Assembly: GCA_951406725.2 (NCBI GenBank)
Contig: OX597820.1
Coordinates: 92,752,001-92,816,000 of the forward strand
Direction of reading: 5' to 3'
Source of the DNA: Octopus vulgaris
Lineage: Eukaryota
Length of the DNA stretch: 64,000 bases
How positions within the stretch are numbered: the first letter of the stretch is position 1; each line of letters starts with the position of its first letter. The notes beneath the pieces are model-generated. The model was not told the origin of the DNA and ran no database searches. It was given only the letters and a program-made list of their open reading frames with translations. Shown in pieces: positions 50,251-64,000 of this stretch. Made by a program: the position numbers and the translations under genes.

Positions 50251-52276
50251 TATATATATATGTGTACATATGTAGACAATAAAGTACACCCTTTCGCAAT
50301 AAATAAAAAGCTTTCTTACAATGCAAGAAAGCACTATTATTGTTTTTTTGTTGTTTATTTTTTAGTTATTGCTATTATTGCCTGTTAAGTTTATGAATAA
50401 GTTTTAAAGTGTGTAATATATTATTTTGTGGTTTATAAATTCTATTCGTTTGTTAGTTTTGGTATTTGGAATATATAATTTCTTTTAAGTTTCATTTTAT
50501 GTTTCTTAACCATAAAAGACATTTCTTTTATGTTTAATGAATTTCAATTAAGCTGGAGATGGAATAATTTCATTATATTCGTCCCTCATTCATTAAATTT
50601 TTTTTCTTGTAACTCTCGACCTACCTTATTCCCCATAGACGAAAGAGTGACAGAAAAACGCAGGAAGATGGTGGGGAAAAAAGACTTAAATTATAAATTA
50701 ACATACTAGATAAGAAAATATATAATAGATAAATAGGATTGTTAAATATATAGCTTCATAGCCAGACACATAGATAATGAGATAAAAGAGAGACAGACAC
50801 AGAGAGAAAACAGAGATAGAGAGATGAATAAATAGATAACGGAGATGATTTTTAACGACGGTTTCAGTAAATAAAAGAATGAATTTATAACAGGAATGGC
50901 TATTCTCTGAAAACAACTAATTATGAAAGAAACCCAGTTGTTCTATAAATAAAGTGTGGCTCAGTAGTTGGAACAGCAGCAGTAGAAAATCACATCAGTT
51001 TTTGCATCGTCTATTTTGTACTGATATCGCACATGGAATCCAGTTAGCAAATGCTTGAAGAATGTAGCAAAAAACTCACCTATCATCTGATTCAGTTCAC
51101 TGAGTTCAGTTTCCTTCTTTTAGCTGCAACTAAATTGTACTTTTTCAAAAGCGAGTAACTTTCTCTCAAAACGATAATGAGTAAAATGTATCCTTTAATT
51201 TTATTTACTATATTTACTTTGATCTTATTTTTGGTTTTTTATTGGCTGAGAAATATACGTTTGCGGTTGCAGATTTATCTTTCTTTTCAAATAAAAAAAT
51301 GTATTTGTCTTGATTTTACTTTCTACTTTACCGCCACCACAGAGCACTGATTTATTTCATTACCCACCCTTTATACCTCATCTTTCTCTCGCTTTCCCTC
51401 TCTTTTCCTCTCTCTCTCTCTCTTTCTCCCCTCTCTCTCTCTCTTTCCCCCCTCTTTCTCTTTCCCTCTCTTTTCCTCTTTCTCTATGGCCTCTCAATCT
51501 TCCCATAGTCATTTATCTTTATTTCTCCCTCTTGCCTTTTTTCTCTTCTTTCTGTTCAGAGAACCCAAGTATGTTTTATCGTCAGTTAAATATCAGTAGA
51601 GAGAAACGTCGATAGCAATCTGACTTTTAATACTATTTTATGCCTACGCCAATAAACACAACAGAAATTGACTGCAACAAAAGAATAAGACCATGCAGAA
51701 AATAAAGGTAAATGAGTAGAAAACTAAAAAAAAAGAGGCCCTTTACAGGAAATGTAGACCTACAAGGAAGTTGTCTCTCCCACATTATACCTCTCTCTTT
51801 TTCCCTCTTACTCTCATTAGCTGATGGACATATTTAAAAGCCATCTATTAGATTAAAAGCTGTTTCGTGACGAGTATTCCTATTAGATTCCTTTCAAGAA
51901 ATCGATATTTATCTGATTAAGCAGCGCGAAGAAACGAATCAATCACTCCTTGTCAAATCAGACGTCACTACATCATGAGAGTGTGGTTAGAATCTAAAGG
52001 TAACATTTTAAAAACACACAGAAATATACAAATCTTTTCGCATGACACAAGCGGAATGGGAAACAAGTGCGCAGGAGATGATTTGCCTGAACACCGTCCT
52101 ATTAAAACCAACTATATCACTTCACGTACGATTCAATTGTCTACGTTTCTTTTAGGAAAATAATCTTAGTATAAGTACTGCCCGAGATAAGAATATATTT
52201 ATTGGAAAATAATGATTATATTAAACAAAAGCATGAAAATATTTTTGACTGTTCAGAAACACACACATACATATAC

Positions 52277-53029
<753 letters not shown>

Positions 53030-53929
53030 ACTTGGTTTTTTTCCTACTTAGATCCCATTTCTTGTAAATCTGGCTGTAGATACACCACTTAGATAATATG
53101 TAACACTATTACGAGCAAGATCACCAGATAAAGCGATAATACTGTGCCCCTTTCCAGCGAGTTCGCAAGCCTATGTGATTTACAATAACGCTTGTTTTTT
53201 CACAGAAACACAATCCACCGCATGAATCAAGACTTGTGACTACCTACTAAGTTGTTTTTGTTTTGCTTTCATTTCAATCGATCACCTAGCCATCTCTAAT
53301 TGCTACGAATAATACTTATTAGAGATCTAATCTAATGTTTGTATGTCCTTTTGTTTGATTTTGACTTTATACGTGGTATTGGTTAGATCAAGAATGAAAT
53401 ATATACAATTAGAATAAAAACACTGCAATTAGAAAAAATATATATATCAAAAATCATTGTTATCAGCTGTTATAATGACTCTGTCAATCCACTATAATTC
53501 GAATCTTCAAAGCCTCTCACACCATGTTTCCTTGTAACAACGAATAGTCTACTTTCATGTATTAGGAGTTTATTTTCAGTTAAAAATCAGTCGTTTTTAC
53601 GTATATTTATATGTAAATGCACACACAGAAACGCACATACCTACATATACACACCGGCATACATAATTATGTACACACACATACACATACACATACACAC
53701 ACCTACGCATACACATATACACACACATACACGCGTGATGCGCGCACTTCATATGTACACATACGTACACAAATGTCCTTGAAACACGCCTGTGGTATAT
53801 GTTTTCTGGAACGTGAAACAGGATTTTAGCACTAACCTCATCCAAGTGATTCAAGAACTGTGCGAAAACTAATGCAGTTCAATTCTATTGAATAACATCT
53901 GGAAGTTTGTCAGAACAGTGGCTGGGGGT

Positions 53930-54335
53930 CATCATATCTGATTCCATTCTCCAGCACTTTTCAACAGCTTCCTGAAAAATATCATCCCGGTGACACTATG
54001 TGATTGACCTACGTTTCCAGCAGAGGTTAGTCACTTAGCAGCCTGCATTTTATCGACGTAACAAAACACACAGAAATAGGTCTCCTTATTATCACCACCA
54101 GACTAGAAAGAACAGCAAGAGTGTACGGACGAAAGTTCGTTCAGGAAACGAACAAGATTTTAATAACTTCAAAACAGCAAGAAATAGCTCCATCTTGAAG
54201 TGGATAAGTTAAGAGCCCCAGGTTCTCATTCAGTTCGGACCTCAATAAAGGCGATGAAAGCAAACTTCATCGGTCATGAGAAAGCTGAAGGTCAGATGTT
54301 CAACTAAGCTCAAACTGTACAAATCACTTTACAAA
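53930..54335 (+). pseudogene. Decayed RTE-clade LINE RT fragment
   Basis: SPALFNSFLKNII, LSSLHFIDV (like NLRFADD), TTRLERTARVYG, and STKLKLYKSL. Confidence 0.7.
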
Positions 54336-54344
54336 AGCTGGCCA

Positions 54345-54770
54345 TTCAGAGCAGTCACCGAAAGTAGAACGAGATCTCAGAACTGGGTTCAAAAACGAGG
54401 AGGCGGGAACTGTTTTCTGTGTGCAGAAAGCTGCTGGGACACTACCCGATTGCAAGATGGCTCCGGACGGCATGCAGCTTCATCAAGGGGCGAGCTGAAG
54501 GACTGAGGTGGAGTGATATCCTGGGCGAGAAGACAACAGCCATGACGGAAGAAGTCTTGGAGAGAGTGACTCTGGAGGACCCAGTAAGTGGGAACTGGTT
54601 TGTGCCCAAATTGAAGGAGATCGTGTTGTGTTACCAGCAGTATGACGACGGGAGTTGTCCTGGAAATTAGAGGTGTCGTGGTGAGGGATGCGGGCTGGCT
54701 TAGGAAGAGGGACGACTGCAACCACATCAACGTGGCGGAGCTGGATGTCGTGTTGAAACGGCTCGACCCT
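54345..54770 (+). pseudogene. LTR-retrotransposon pol fragment (connection/RNase H region)
   Basis: ELFSVCRKLLGHYPIARWLRTACSFIK...DPVSGNWFVP; GVVLEIRGVVVRDAGWLRKRDDCNHINVAELDVV (IN..EL RNase H motif); GC-rich. Confidence 0.75.
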
Positions 54771-54908
54771 GAGGTGGCGGCTCCCTTTTTCTTCCTTTAC
54801 ATCACAAATCTAAGTTTTGGGGCCGATTTGTTCGACTAAAACTCTCCAAAGTAGTGTCCCAGCATGACTGCAGTTAAATGACTGAAACAATTAAAATATG
54901 AAAGATAA

Positions 54909-54953
<45 letters not shown>

Positions 54954-54954
54954 T

Positions 54955-55170
54955 AAATCCCCAAAAAATAACGAAGAACAAACACAAGAAAAATCAACAT
55001 CGCGAGGACATGGTGCATGCAAAATATTAGCAGACGCTCTGGGAAAGAAAGAAAAGTAGTTTTTACGTTTCGATCAAAGCTCTTCTTCAGAAATAGGACA
55101 CAGGAAAGTTCAAGAGAAAAGGAAGACAGAGGAAACAAATCACTAACGATCTACGTGTGGTTACACACAT
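54955..55170 (-). mobile_element. PLE terminal fragment with a minimal hammerhead motif (55061-55093)
   Basis: Reverse complement TTT-CTGAAGA-A-GAGC(TTT)GATC-GAAAC-GTA-AAA; same layout as 50123-50158. Confidence 0.7.
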
Positions 55171-56602
55171 ATTATGAACCCGAATATGTGTATTTATACA
55201 CATAGATAGATAAATAGAGAACATGATTCAGTTATATATTTTCCGTATACAGCAAATATAGAATAATTTTAGGAAGTAGTGTATAGAGTAAATTTAGTGG
55301 TCAGCTAAGGAATAAGTCTCTTTTGGTCACCTTACCCACAGCACAGCTGTCAAATCTCTCTCACATCACATTCTACTGACTTTATAGAGGGAACCGTTGG
55401 ATTTTGTTGTTCTGGATATCCTGCATATAAGGAAATCATGGCTATAATATATTTGATCACTGGTCTGCTCTGTAAGAGTGGATGTAAAGAAAAATAAAAC
55501 AACAAATCAAAGAGGTCTCGTCATTGTTTCGAGTTTCAATAAAGGTCATTTCCCTATACACTGGTGACATATTTGGAAAAGCATTAAGTTTTCAAATACT
55601 CGCTCTCAACTCCACTATTCAGTTCATATGAATTTTGGGGTAGGGTAACAATTAATGCCAGCAAGTATAACTGTGTGATTAAGAATTTCACGTGGCTGAA
55701 AGGTTCGATCCTACATTGCAAAATTTAGGGCAAATATCTTCTGTCATAGGTTTGTGAGTTTTAAAAATTGTGCAGTCCGTTTTTTTTTTTTTTGGTTTTT
55801 TTTAGAAAGTGAACTTAATCTATTACCCAATTTAAAATAACTACCTGGCATCTGGAGACGTTAACAGTTTTTTGCAAGCATTCTTACCTTCTTCCAACTA
55901 TTTTCAGAAATCCTGGAGATAGTCATAGCCCTTCTGGCATCTCTGACAAAAACATTAATAACATTTAACTGAACCATTATTGATACAAACATGTTTACGT
56001 TTTGTCTATGAGCTACGAATTTAACTGAGTCACCGTGTCTTTAAATGCTGCACAGACCTGTGTTTCACCGATGGCAATAACTGAAACGCTGTAGATGAAT
56101 ACTAATTTGGTGGGGGGTGTGGGGTAGTAACGAATTAAATTTCGCTCGTAAGAAATGTTACCTGTGGTAGACTGGTGTCTTATACAGGCAAGATTTAAAT
56201 GTCATCCTCTAAACACTACACCAGTTTTCATGTAACCAAAGACGCTGATATTCACTAATGCAATGCAAAATATGTGACAAAATACCAAATGTACTCTAAG
56301 AGAGCAACAAAAAAAAAGAGAGAAAAAAAACAATTTCAACTGTTACTCAGATGATTGCTACTCCAAGGGAATATCATAATCTACACAAAAATTAATATAA
56401 GAAACGATATGAAAGCATTCGGTATTTCCTTTATTTTCATATTTCTCTCACACATGTTTCCAGGCAAATTGTCTTTAACAGCTTTATGTCTTATATTGCC
56501 TGCGCTGTTCATATACACTTAAATGTATGTATGTGTGACTGTCTGTCTGTCTGTTTGTCAGTCTGTCTGTATGTATGTAGATATTAGATAGATTGATACA
56601 CC

Positions 56603-56654
<52 letters not shown>

Positions 56655-56894
56655 TATATCTAGCTAGCTAGCTAGATAGATAGATTTATGATGTTTGCAT
56701 TATCACATATAATATATTATATGTATATAAGCATATAATATGTATGTGTGTTAGTGTGTGTGTATGTGTTTGAATATAATAGCATGTGCAAATGCATTAG
56801 ATTTCTTGGCATTATTGTCCACTTTCTCATAGCCTCACACACACACCCTATATATATGTGTGCATGCGTATGTACGCTCTTCCCACACAATTGC

Positions 56895-56935
<41 letters not shown>

Positions 56936-56998
56936 CTTTGTGTGCGTGTCGCTCTCTCATACCTACTCACGCATTCCACACACTTACATATACAAACA

Positions 56999-57035
<37 letters not shown>

Positions 57036-57182
57036 GCAAAATACGGATGTATTTCTATATATTTTTCCATTTACATCTTGGACTTTGTCCGTGTGCTGCA
57101 TTATAAACAACTTAAATTGATCATTGTTAGAATATTTGACTTTGATATACAGATGTAAAACAAAGTTCAATGCAGCTTTATA

Positions 57183-57216
<34 letters not shown>

Positions 57217-57465
57217 CATATATATATGACTCATTGTCAACGGCTACTTATTCAACACATTGTTGAAACGGACCTTTTTTCTGTTTCTCATTCTCTTCAT
57301 TATTTTTCTTCCTTTTTTTCTTGTATATTTGTATCATTCTGCTTTTTTCTGTTTCTTTCCAGTGTCTTGTGTTCTCTTTTCCTCACTCTCTCTTTCGATT
57401 ACTTATTCTGTGACCCTCTTTGTTTCTTTTCCCCTCTTTCCTTTGCTCTTCTCTTTTCCTCTTCC

Positions 57466-57508
<43 letters not shown>

Positions 57509-58629
57509 ATTACTTTCCCTTCATGTTCTTCTGTTCTTCGTTTATTTTCTCTTTCTTTACAGCTTTCTCTCACTCCATATTTCTCTCTCCCGTCTTCCTA
57601 CTCCGCCTTTCCCCTTATTTTCTTATGTCTCTCTTTTACTTTCACTTTCACTCTCTCGCCATCTCTCTCTCTCTCGTTTCCATATCTAACTTTATGCCTT
57701 CAAACACTCTCCTATTCCTTTTACATTTACTGTGATCTGCTATAACATGAAATGCTTCTTTGATTCTCTTGTAACTTTTACTCCGTTCGCTACTGAATGT
57801 TAACACCAGACCTACCAGCTTCTACAAAGAATACGCCAGCCTCTTTATTAGCTGACCAGCTTAATTTAAACTGTTTGTTCTCTGAGTAATATACTCGGTA
57901 AGTTTTAATATCTTTCCATGTTGATGGTTACGCTGGAATAAATATCTATTTCATGACTAACATGTCTCCAGCAAAGATAATTCATAATCACATTTAACCA
58001 GATATAAAACAGTTCTTTAAATGATGTTTTCAATAAATTTCATTCTTCATTTTCTTCACTTAATATTTTCTTTTTACGAAAATGAATCTATAAAGTTGTT
58101 TTACTACAACAGCAACAACAAAAATGATGTCTGTGTCACAATGGTTTTTCTTTATGTTTATTTTCGTTCCGAGTTGTTGTTGTTGTTGTTGTTGCTGTTT
58201 TCTTCTTTTTTTGTTCAAACAGAGAGAGTATCTCTAACGTTATTTTCTCATTCACTGAGTTTGACAGCAATTCTGAAGAAACAGTTTGAAACAGTGTTTT
58301 GTCTGACAACCTATATTTCTTCTCGGTAACGACGTTTAGCGGACAAAGAAATGTCTCCAGCTTTATTTTCATATCCACGTAAATATTCTAGAAACAACAT
58401 TCTATTTTTGAAAATCTAGTTCTCTAGACGACTACGACTCATAATAAATTTAACGTATTGGTAGATTTATATCTCTGTTAAATGTATTTCACCGATGAAC
58501 TGGAAGATTAAAACATTGTGTTTTCTTAGAAGGGGAGAACAATCATACTTTTCTATTGCAATTGCTATGGTGAAAATTTTCCCATATCATTATTTATCAT
58601 ATAAGTTTTTATTGTAGTTTTCGTCGATT

Positions 58630-58850
58630 TTGTTGTTGTTGGTGGTGGTGGTGGTGGCGGTGGTGGTGGAGGTGGTTGTGGGTTTGGTGGTGGTAGTGTT
58701 TGTGGGTTGGGTCGTGGTGGTGGTAGTTGTGGTGGTAGTCGTGGTGGTGGTGATGGTGGTGGTGGTTTTGGTGGTGGTGGTGGTGGTCGTCGTCGTCGTC
58801 GTCTTCGTTGTCGTCACCGTCGTCGTTGTCGTCATCGTGATTGTTGTTGA
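58630..58850. repeat. (GGT)n/(GTC)n/(GTT)n compound repeat
   Basis: Visible directly; source of the poly-T/H/V ORFs. Confidence 0.92.
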
Positions 58851-60124
58851 ACTCCAAGTTGACCCAGATTGAGCAGACCTATGACCAAAGGCATTAAAGT
58901 GGTGACTATCCGGTCCTTTCCCAAACATTGCGAACTTCGGACACTCAGTGAGTTGTGTGTTTGACGTTTGGTAGTTACGATGAGAACTCTACCCAGGTTT
59001 CAGAATTATTACACTTTCACGTCCAAAACTACTCGATCTTAGAATATCGTTGAGATGTAGGTCCACTATGCTAAAAATTTTAGCCAACCACAAATCTGTC
59101 GTTTGTTTTGTCTCAAATCACTAAGGTTGAGACGTGAGAGGAAAATATTTTGCTTTATTACTAGCAAGAAGGAATATTACACAGGGTTTTCCTCATTAGC
59201 TCGTTCATATTAGTGATATTAGGGGCTCCAACAATATCACTTTTATCATATACCTCTGTAACAAAATACAATATGGTTACTTGTCACCTGCTGTCGATGG
59301 CATTTAGGTAAATACCAGAGATATGAGAAACAAGAACTTAGTGAAATGAAAATGACAATAGCGGAATACCATTCACTAACTGATAAGCTAGCATCCTATC
59401 TTCATAATGTTATAGTCAAAGTAATTTAAAAGATATTTATTTTATCTACTGCCGTGTGTAGATATGAAAAATAATTTATTAATTTTCCTCTGTATTGGAC
59501 AAAACAGAGGAGCTATCATTAATGCATTCCAACATATTGATTTCTTAAACTAGTAGCATCATCAATAAAATAACAACAGTAATGTTTACTACTTTGACAC
59601 CAGGCCACAGGGGAGGGGTCTTTAAATATCTAGTATTTATTTTCTCCACTCTAAGAGGATAAACAGTGTAGTGGTTACTGACAGCAGTTAAATTCAAAAC
59701 GAACGTGAAAAAAAATCGAAAGTGAAAAGCATAGCATATTTATTCACGCCTTCATTGCTCATTGTGTGTACGTGTGTGTGTATGCGTGCACGTGTGTTTG
59801 TGTGTGCGTGTGAATTCCATAGCGGGGGTTGAGAAATTCAAAGACGATATCTACCGCCTACAGCCACTTAGAACAAAGAACTCAAAGATACGTCTGAGAG
59901 CAAAGAAACATTTAATCCATAATTGTGAAACCACACATTTTTTCTCGACTTAGGCTTTTCGAAAACTAAAGAATAATAGAGGAACTAATTTATAAGTTAC
60001 TTATGACAAGAAGGGGAAATTTTACACACACACACACACAAACATACGCATATACAAACACACACACATGCACACACATACACACTCAAATACACACACG
60101 TATATGCACACATGCACACACATG

Positions 60125-60176
<52 letters not shown>

Positions 60177-60193
60177 TGTATATATATATATAC

Positions 60194-60226
<33 letters not shown>

Positions 60227-60309
60227 TGTATGTATGTATATCGTCAGCAACCTAAGTTGGTCTGTGCACATCAGCAAAAATGTCGATGTTGCCCGCAGAA
60301 TGTGCTCAT

Positions 60310-60640
60310 GAATCCTCAGAACTTTCCAATCTAGGGATCATGAAACCATCATACTTCTCTTCTCTACATTCGCTAGGCCCCCTTGAATTGCATCCCCTAC
60401 AAAGGTCGAAATCACATCGCATATGAACATTGCGACACTATTTCTTCATTGCAAATGGTCCTGCACTTTTCAATGTTATCCCAAAAGAAATTAAAATAGA
60501 AAAAGACCCCACAACTTTCAAACAGTAGCTGGACAAATTCCCCCAGGAATAAACCATTTACACCTTGATACGTCTCAACCAACAACAACTCTCTGTTTAA
60601 GTGCTCCATGGTGTGTCGAAACCAATCTAAGTTATCTAAG
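60310..60640 (+). pseudogene. 3' end of a CR1/L2/Jockey-group LINE ORF2
   Basis: FFIANGPALFNVIPKEIK.EKDPTTFKQ*LDKF matches the F......WN.LP......FK..LD terminal motif. Confidence 0.7.
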
Positions 60641-60649
60641 ATATCTCTC

Positions 60650-60714
<65 letters not shown>

Positions 60715-60738
60715 ATATATATATATACATATATATAT

Positions 60739-60769
<31 letters not shown>

Positions 60770-60904
60770 TAGGCATGCACAAATATAAAACATACATTAT
60801 AATACATATATACGTACACACAAGTGCACGGTCACGCCTGTTATGGGTATATGGGATTTTCACTAGTTTCCTCTAGTTTGTGAGGGTTTAGGACCCACAC
60901 CTAG

Positions 60905-61100
60905 ATCACAAAAGCGCAACAGAAAAAATGGAATATTACTTGGTTGACACCTCCAGACAATATTATCTTGACTCTAATAGAAAATACCTACCCCCGAGAC
61001 ACAAATGCTATGAAATCTTCAAAAATATATTTCAAATATCATATTCGTATTCGCGTAATTTGCTTCAAACATTGCAAGAAGCTAGTGAAAAAACATTTTT
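60905..61100 (+). pseudogene. Decayed PLE linker-region fragment
   Basis: KRNRK..I.WLTPP...LIENT.P..HKCYEIF.N.FQISYS..RNL resembles R.R...WFNPP...H.LHKIFN....ISYS...N. Confidence 0.65.
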
Positions 61101-61146
61101 TCATCAACAACAGCAAGTTTCACTAATACTAACTATTACGACTCAG

Positions 61147-61388
61147 CAATAACTCTTAAGGAAAGGGCATAGGTTACATATCTTCCTTTAACAATAACTT
61201 CATCTTGAGTTTATATTGGTATGACATCAAACCACTTTAAACACCGCTGAGAACACGACTTTAAACACTGTTCAACAATAACTTTTAAAGAAAATGGCAT
61301 GGGTTACATATCTTCCTTTAGCAATAACTCTTCATCCTGAACCTATATCGGTATGACATCAAACCACTTTAAACACCACTGAGAACAC
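61147..61388 (+). repeat. Two-copy tandem duplication, period ~130 bp
   Basis: GGTTACATATCTTCCTTTA...GGTATGACATCAAACCACTTTAAACACC.CTGAGAACAC occurs twice. Confidence 0.9.
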
Positions 61389-61834
61389 AACAGTAGCTAT
61401 CTACATATCCGATTTAAAAATGAACTCGATTTCTTATGTCATTCAGTGGAATACTGCACTATAGGAAACTGAAAACTGTGCAAATTGTGCTCATAAGAAA
61501 GACTGGAAATCTTAGTCACCAAAGGAACACTTTTGAACCGATTCACTGAACGGACTCGATTTTGCGTTCATAGAACTCATGAAACTCACAGATATTTCGA
61601 CCTCTGAGGCTATACCTACCTGTAACTCCCAGCTGATATACACGCATACGTATTCACACAAATATCAAGTATCTTCTTACTAAGAAATATATCTTAAGAT
61701 AATTCTGCTTCTTTCTCGTTACTTGGCCCGTCTGTAACACTTCCACGTGATTAAAAGTGCGAATGGGGACGGGAGGAATGGGGAGAGGAGGGAGGGGTAG
61801 GGATGGGGAGGAGTAGGAGAGGGAAGGAGAGGAG

Positions 61835-62155
61835 ATTTCCTTTCTCTATGTTCCGCGTTCAAGTTCCGCCCAAGTTGACTTTAATCTTTTATTATTTCCG
61901 GGTCGATAAATTAAGTAGCAGTGATGCAATCGACTGCTCCCTCCCTATCAAAATTCCAGACTTGTTGCTATAGTTGAAAGGGTTGATAATTTTATATCTT
62001 ACATTCAAAACCCTTAACATTCTGAGCACAAATTCCGACGAAGTCAAGTCTGCCATTCATTCTTTCGGAATCGATAAAAAATATACCAGTGGAGTACTGA
62101 GATCGATATAATCGACTTAGCCCATTTCCAGAACTTGCTGGCCTTGTACCAAGAT
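61835..62155 (+). mobile_element. Two diverged family-B SINE bodies
   Basis: GGGTCGATAAATTAAGTA and GGAATCGATAAAAAATATACCAGT cores. Confidence 0.65.
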
Positions 62156-62499
62156 TCCTTTGGTGACAAAGATTTCCAAAACGTTACTTAAGTCTCCCTG
62201 TTATTACAGATACAATATTTACAGCCTTTATATCACCTGAATAAATTGTATTTTTATTACTTTGGCATTTTGGCATTTCTACATATATACGTCTGCAAGT
62301 CTGCATAGCTATATATAAAGTATGTATATGTCTTTTATATATACACACAAACACACACATACACACACACACTAATATATATATATATACATACATATAT
62401 GTGAGTGTATGTGTGTGTGCGTATGCCTGTGCGTGTGTGTTTGTGCATATGTGTGTTTGTGTGTGTGTGCCTATGTGTGTGTATATATATATATATATA

Positions 62500-62712
<213 letters not shown>

Positions 62713-63185
62713 TGCGTTACTTGGAAATTTTCTGCTCGACAGCTTATGTGGTTGTGCTCCTGTATATGTGCATGAGATAATGTTTAAATTATGTACCTAC
62801 GTCGGTATATTACTAGTTTGCAACAACCACAGTCCGCCACCCCACCTCACTAATACAAGTTTTATTCAATATACTTTTCCAGTACCTTCCCCCAATCACC
62901 AACATTTTCAACAATTTAGACTAGAATACCAATGTGAGCGTGCATATGAGTTTGTATCTAGGTATACCTGTATACGCATTACTGTGTATATGAGTTTGAG
63001 TGTACGTGTAGATATATGTGTATAAGCATATATATGTGTATGCGTATGCATAGGTGTGTATACGTCAGTATGCATGCTTTAAATGAATGAGTTTATAAAC
63101 GCGTATGTACAGATTTTGGTCTGAATTATGTATTTGTGTGTATGTATGATATATATATATATGTGCGTGTGTATGTATATGTATG

Positions 63186-63242
<57 letters not shown>

Positions 63243-63331
63243 GGAGAGAGAGAGAGAGACATCTATACATACATATATATGCATTTGTTATTTAAATGAA
63301 CGTGACACATCCATTTCCAAGCAAGTATATA

Positions 63332-63453
<122 letters not shown>

Positions 63454-63501
63454 GTATATATACATACATACATATGCATATATATATATACATACATATG
63501 C

Positions 63502-63532
<31 letters not shown>

Positions 63533-63607
63533 CATACATATGCATATATATATATATAAATACATACATACATATGCATATATATATATATATATATATA
63601 TACATAC

Positions 63608-63672
<65 letters not shown>

Positions 63673-64000
63673 CATGGACACATACACATATGTGTATTTA
63701 GAAAGGACACATATACACATAGGATATATGTGTAAGATATGTGCCAAAATCCAAAAGTAGAAAGTGTTGTAAAATATAGATTGACACGTGAGAAAATGAA
63801 ATTAAGCACAAAGGAAACAAAGCAAAACAGAAGTCAGAAAAAAGCACAATTCGTACGCTTGATATGTATGTATGTATGTATGTATGTAGGTTGTATGTAT
63901 GCATGTATGTATGTGTCTGTATGTATGTACGACTACGTAATCTTTTAGATGGTAGCTGTCTCACGGTCAGCCTGATTTTTCTGAATTAGTTTCATCGCTG

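Noticed and set aside
57124-57745. 203-aa hydrophobic ORF as a membrane protein
   Set aside because: The F/L/S composition is dictated by a CT-rich low-complexity tract
58590-58928. Thr-rich mucin-like ORF
   Set aside because: GGT/GTC microsatellite that is open in several frames, with no domain or splice support
61147-61388. CRISPR-like array
   Set aside because: Two-copy tandem duplication in eukaryotic DNA, with no repeat-spacer series and no cas genes

Overview
AT-rich eukaryotic intronic/intergenic DNA. The SINE families, (TA)n/(GATA)n/(AAT)n density and TE mix look like an octopus (coleoid cephalopod) genome; this is an inference. I recognise no intact host gene, and almost all listed ORFs are microsatellite artefacts. 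The window is a TE graveyard: several tRNA-derived SINE families (some with clear TSDs), mariner relics, an hAT relic split by a Helitron, other Helitrons, R4/Dong-type, RTE-like and other LINE fragments, an LTR-element RNase H fragment, and many Penelope-like elements (PLEs). The most interesting signal is a set of PLE-derived foldback or tandem units carrying minimal type I hammerhead ribozyme motifs. These include a ~1 kb element with an uninterrupted GIY-YIG nuclease frame between ~277-bp inverted arms, each arm with a hammerhead whose core shows the compensatory U3-A8 pair in place of C3-G8. An adjacent ~470-bp hairpin element and a ~393-nt hammerhead-bounded, retrozyme-like unit also occur. 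A few candidate small exons and promoter elements are reported at low confidence. All coordinates and identities were read by eye; no database search was run.
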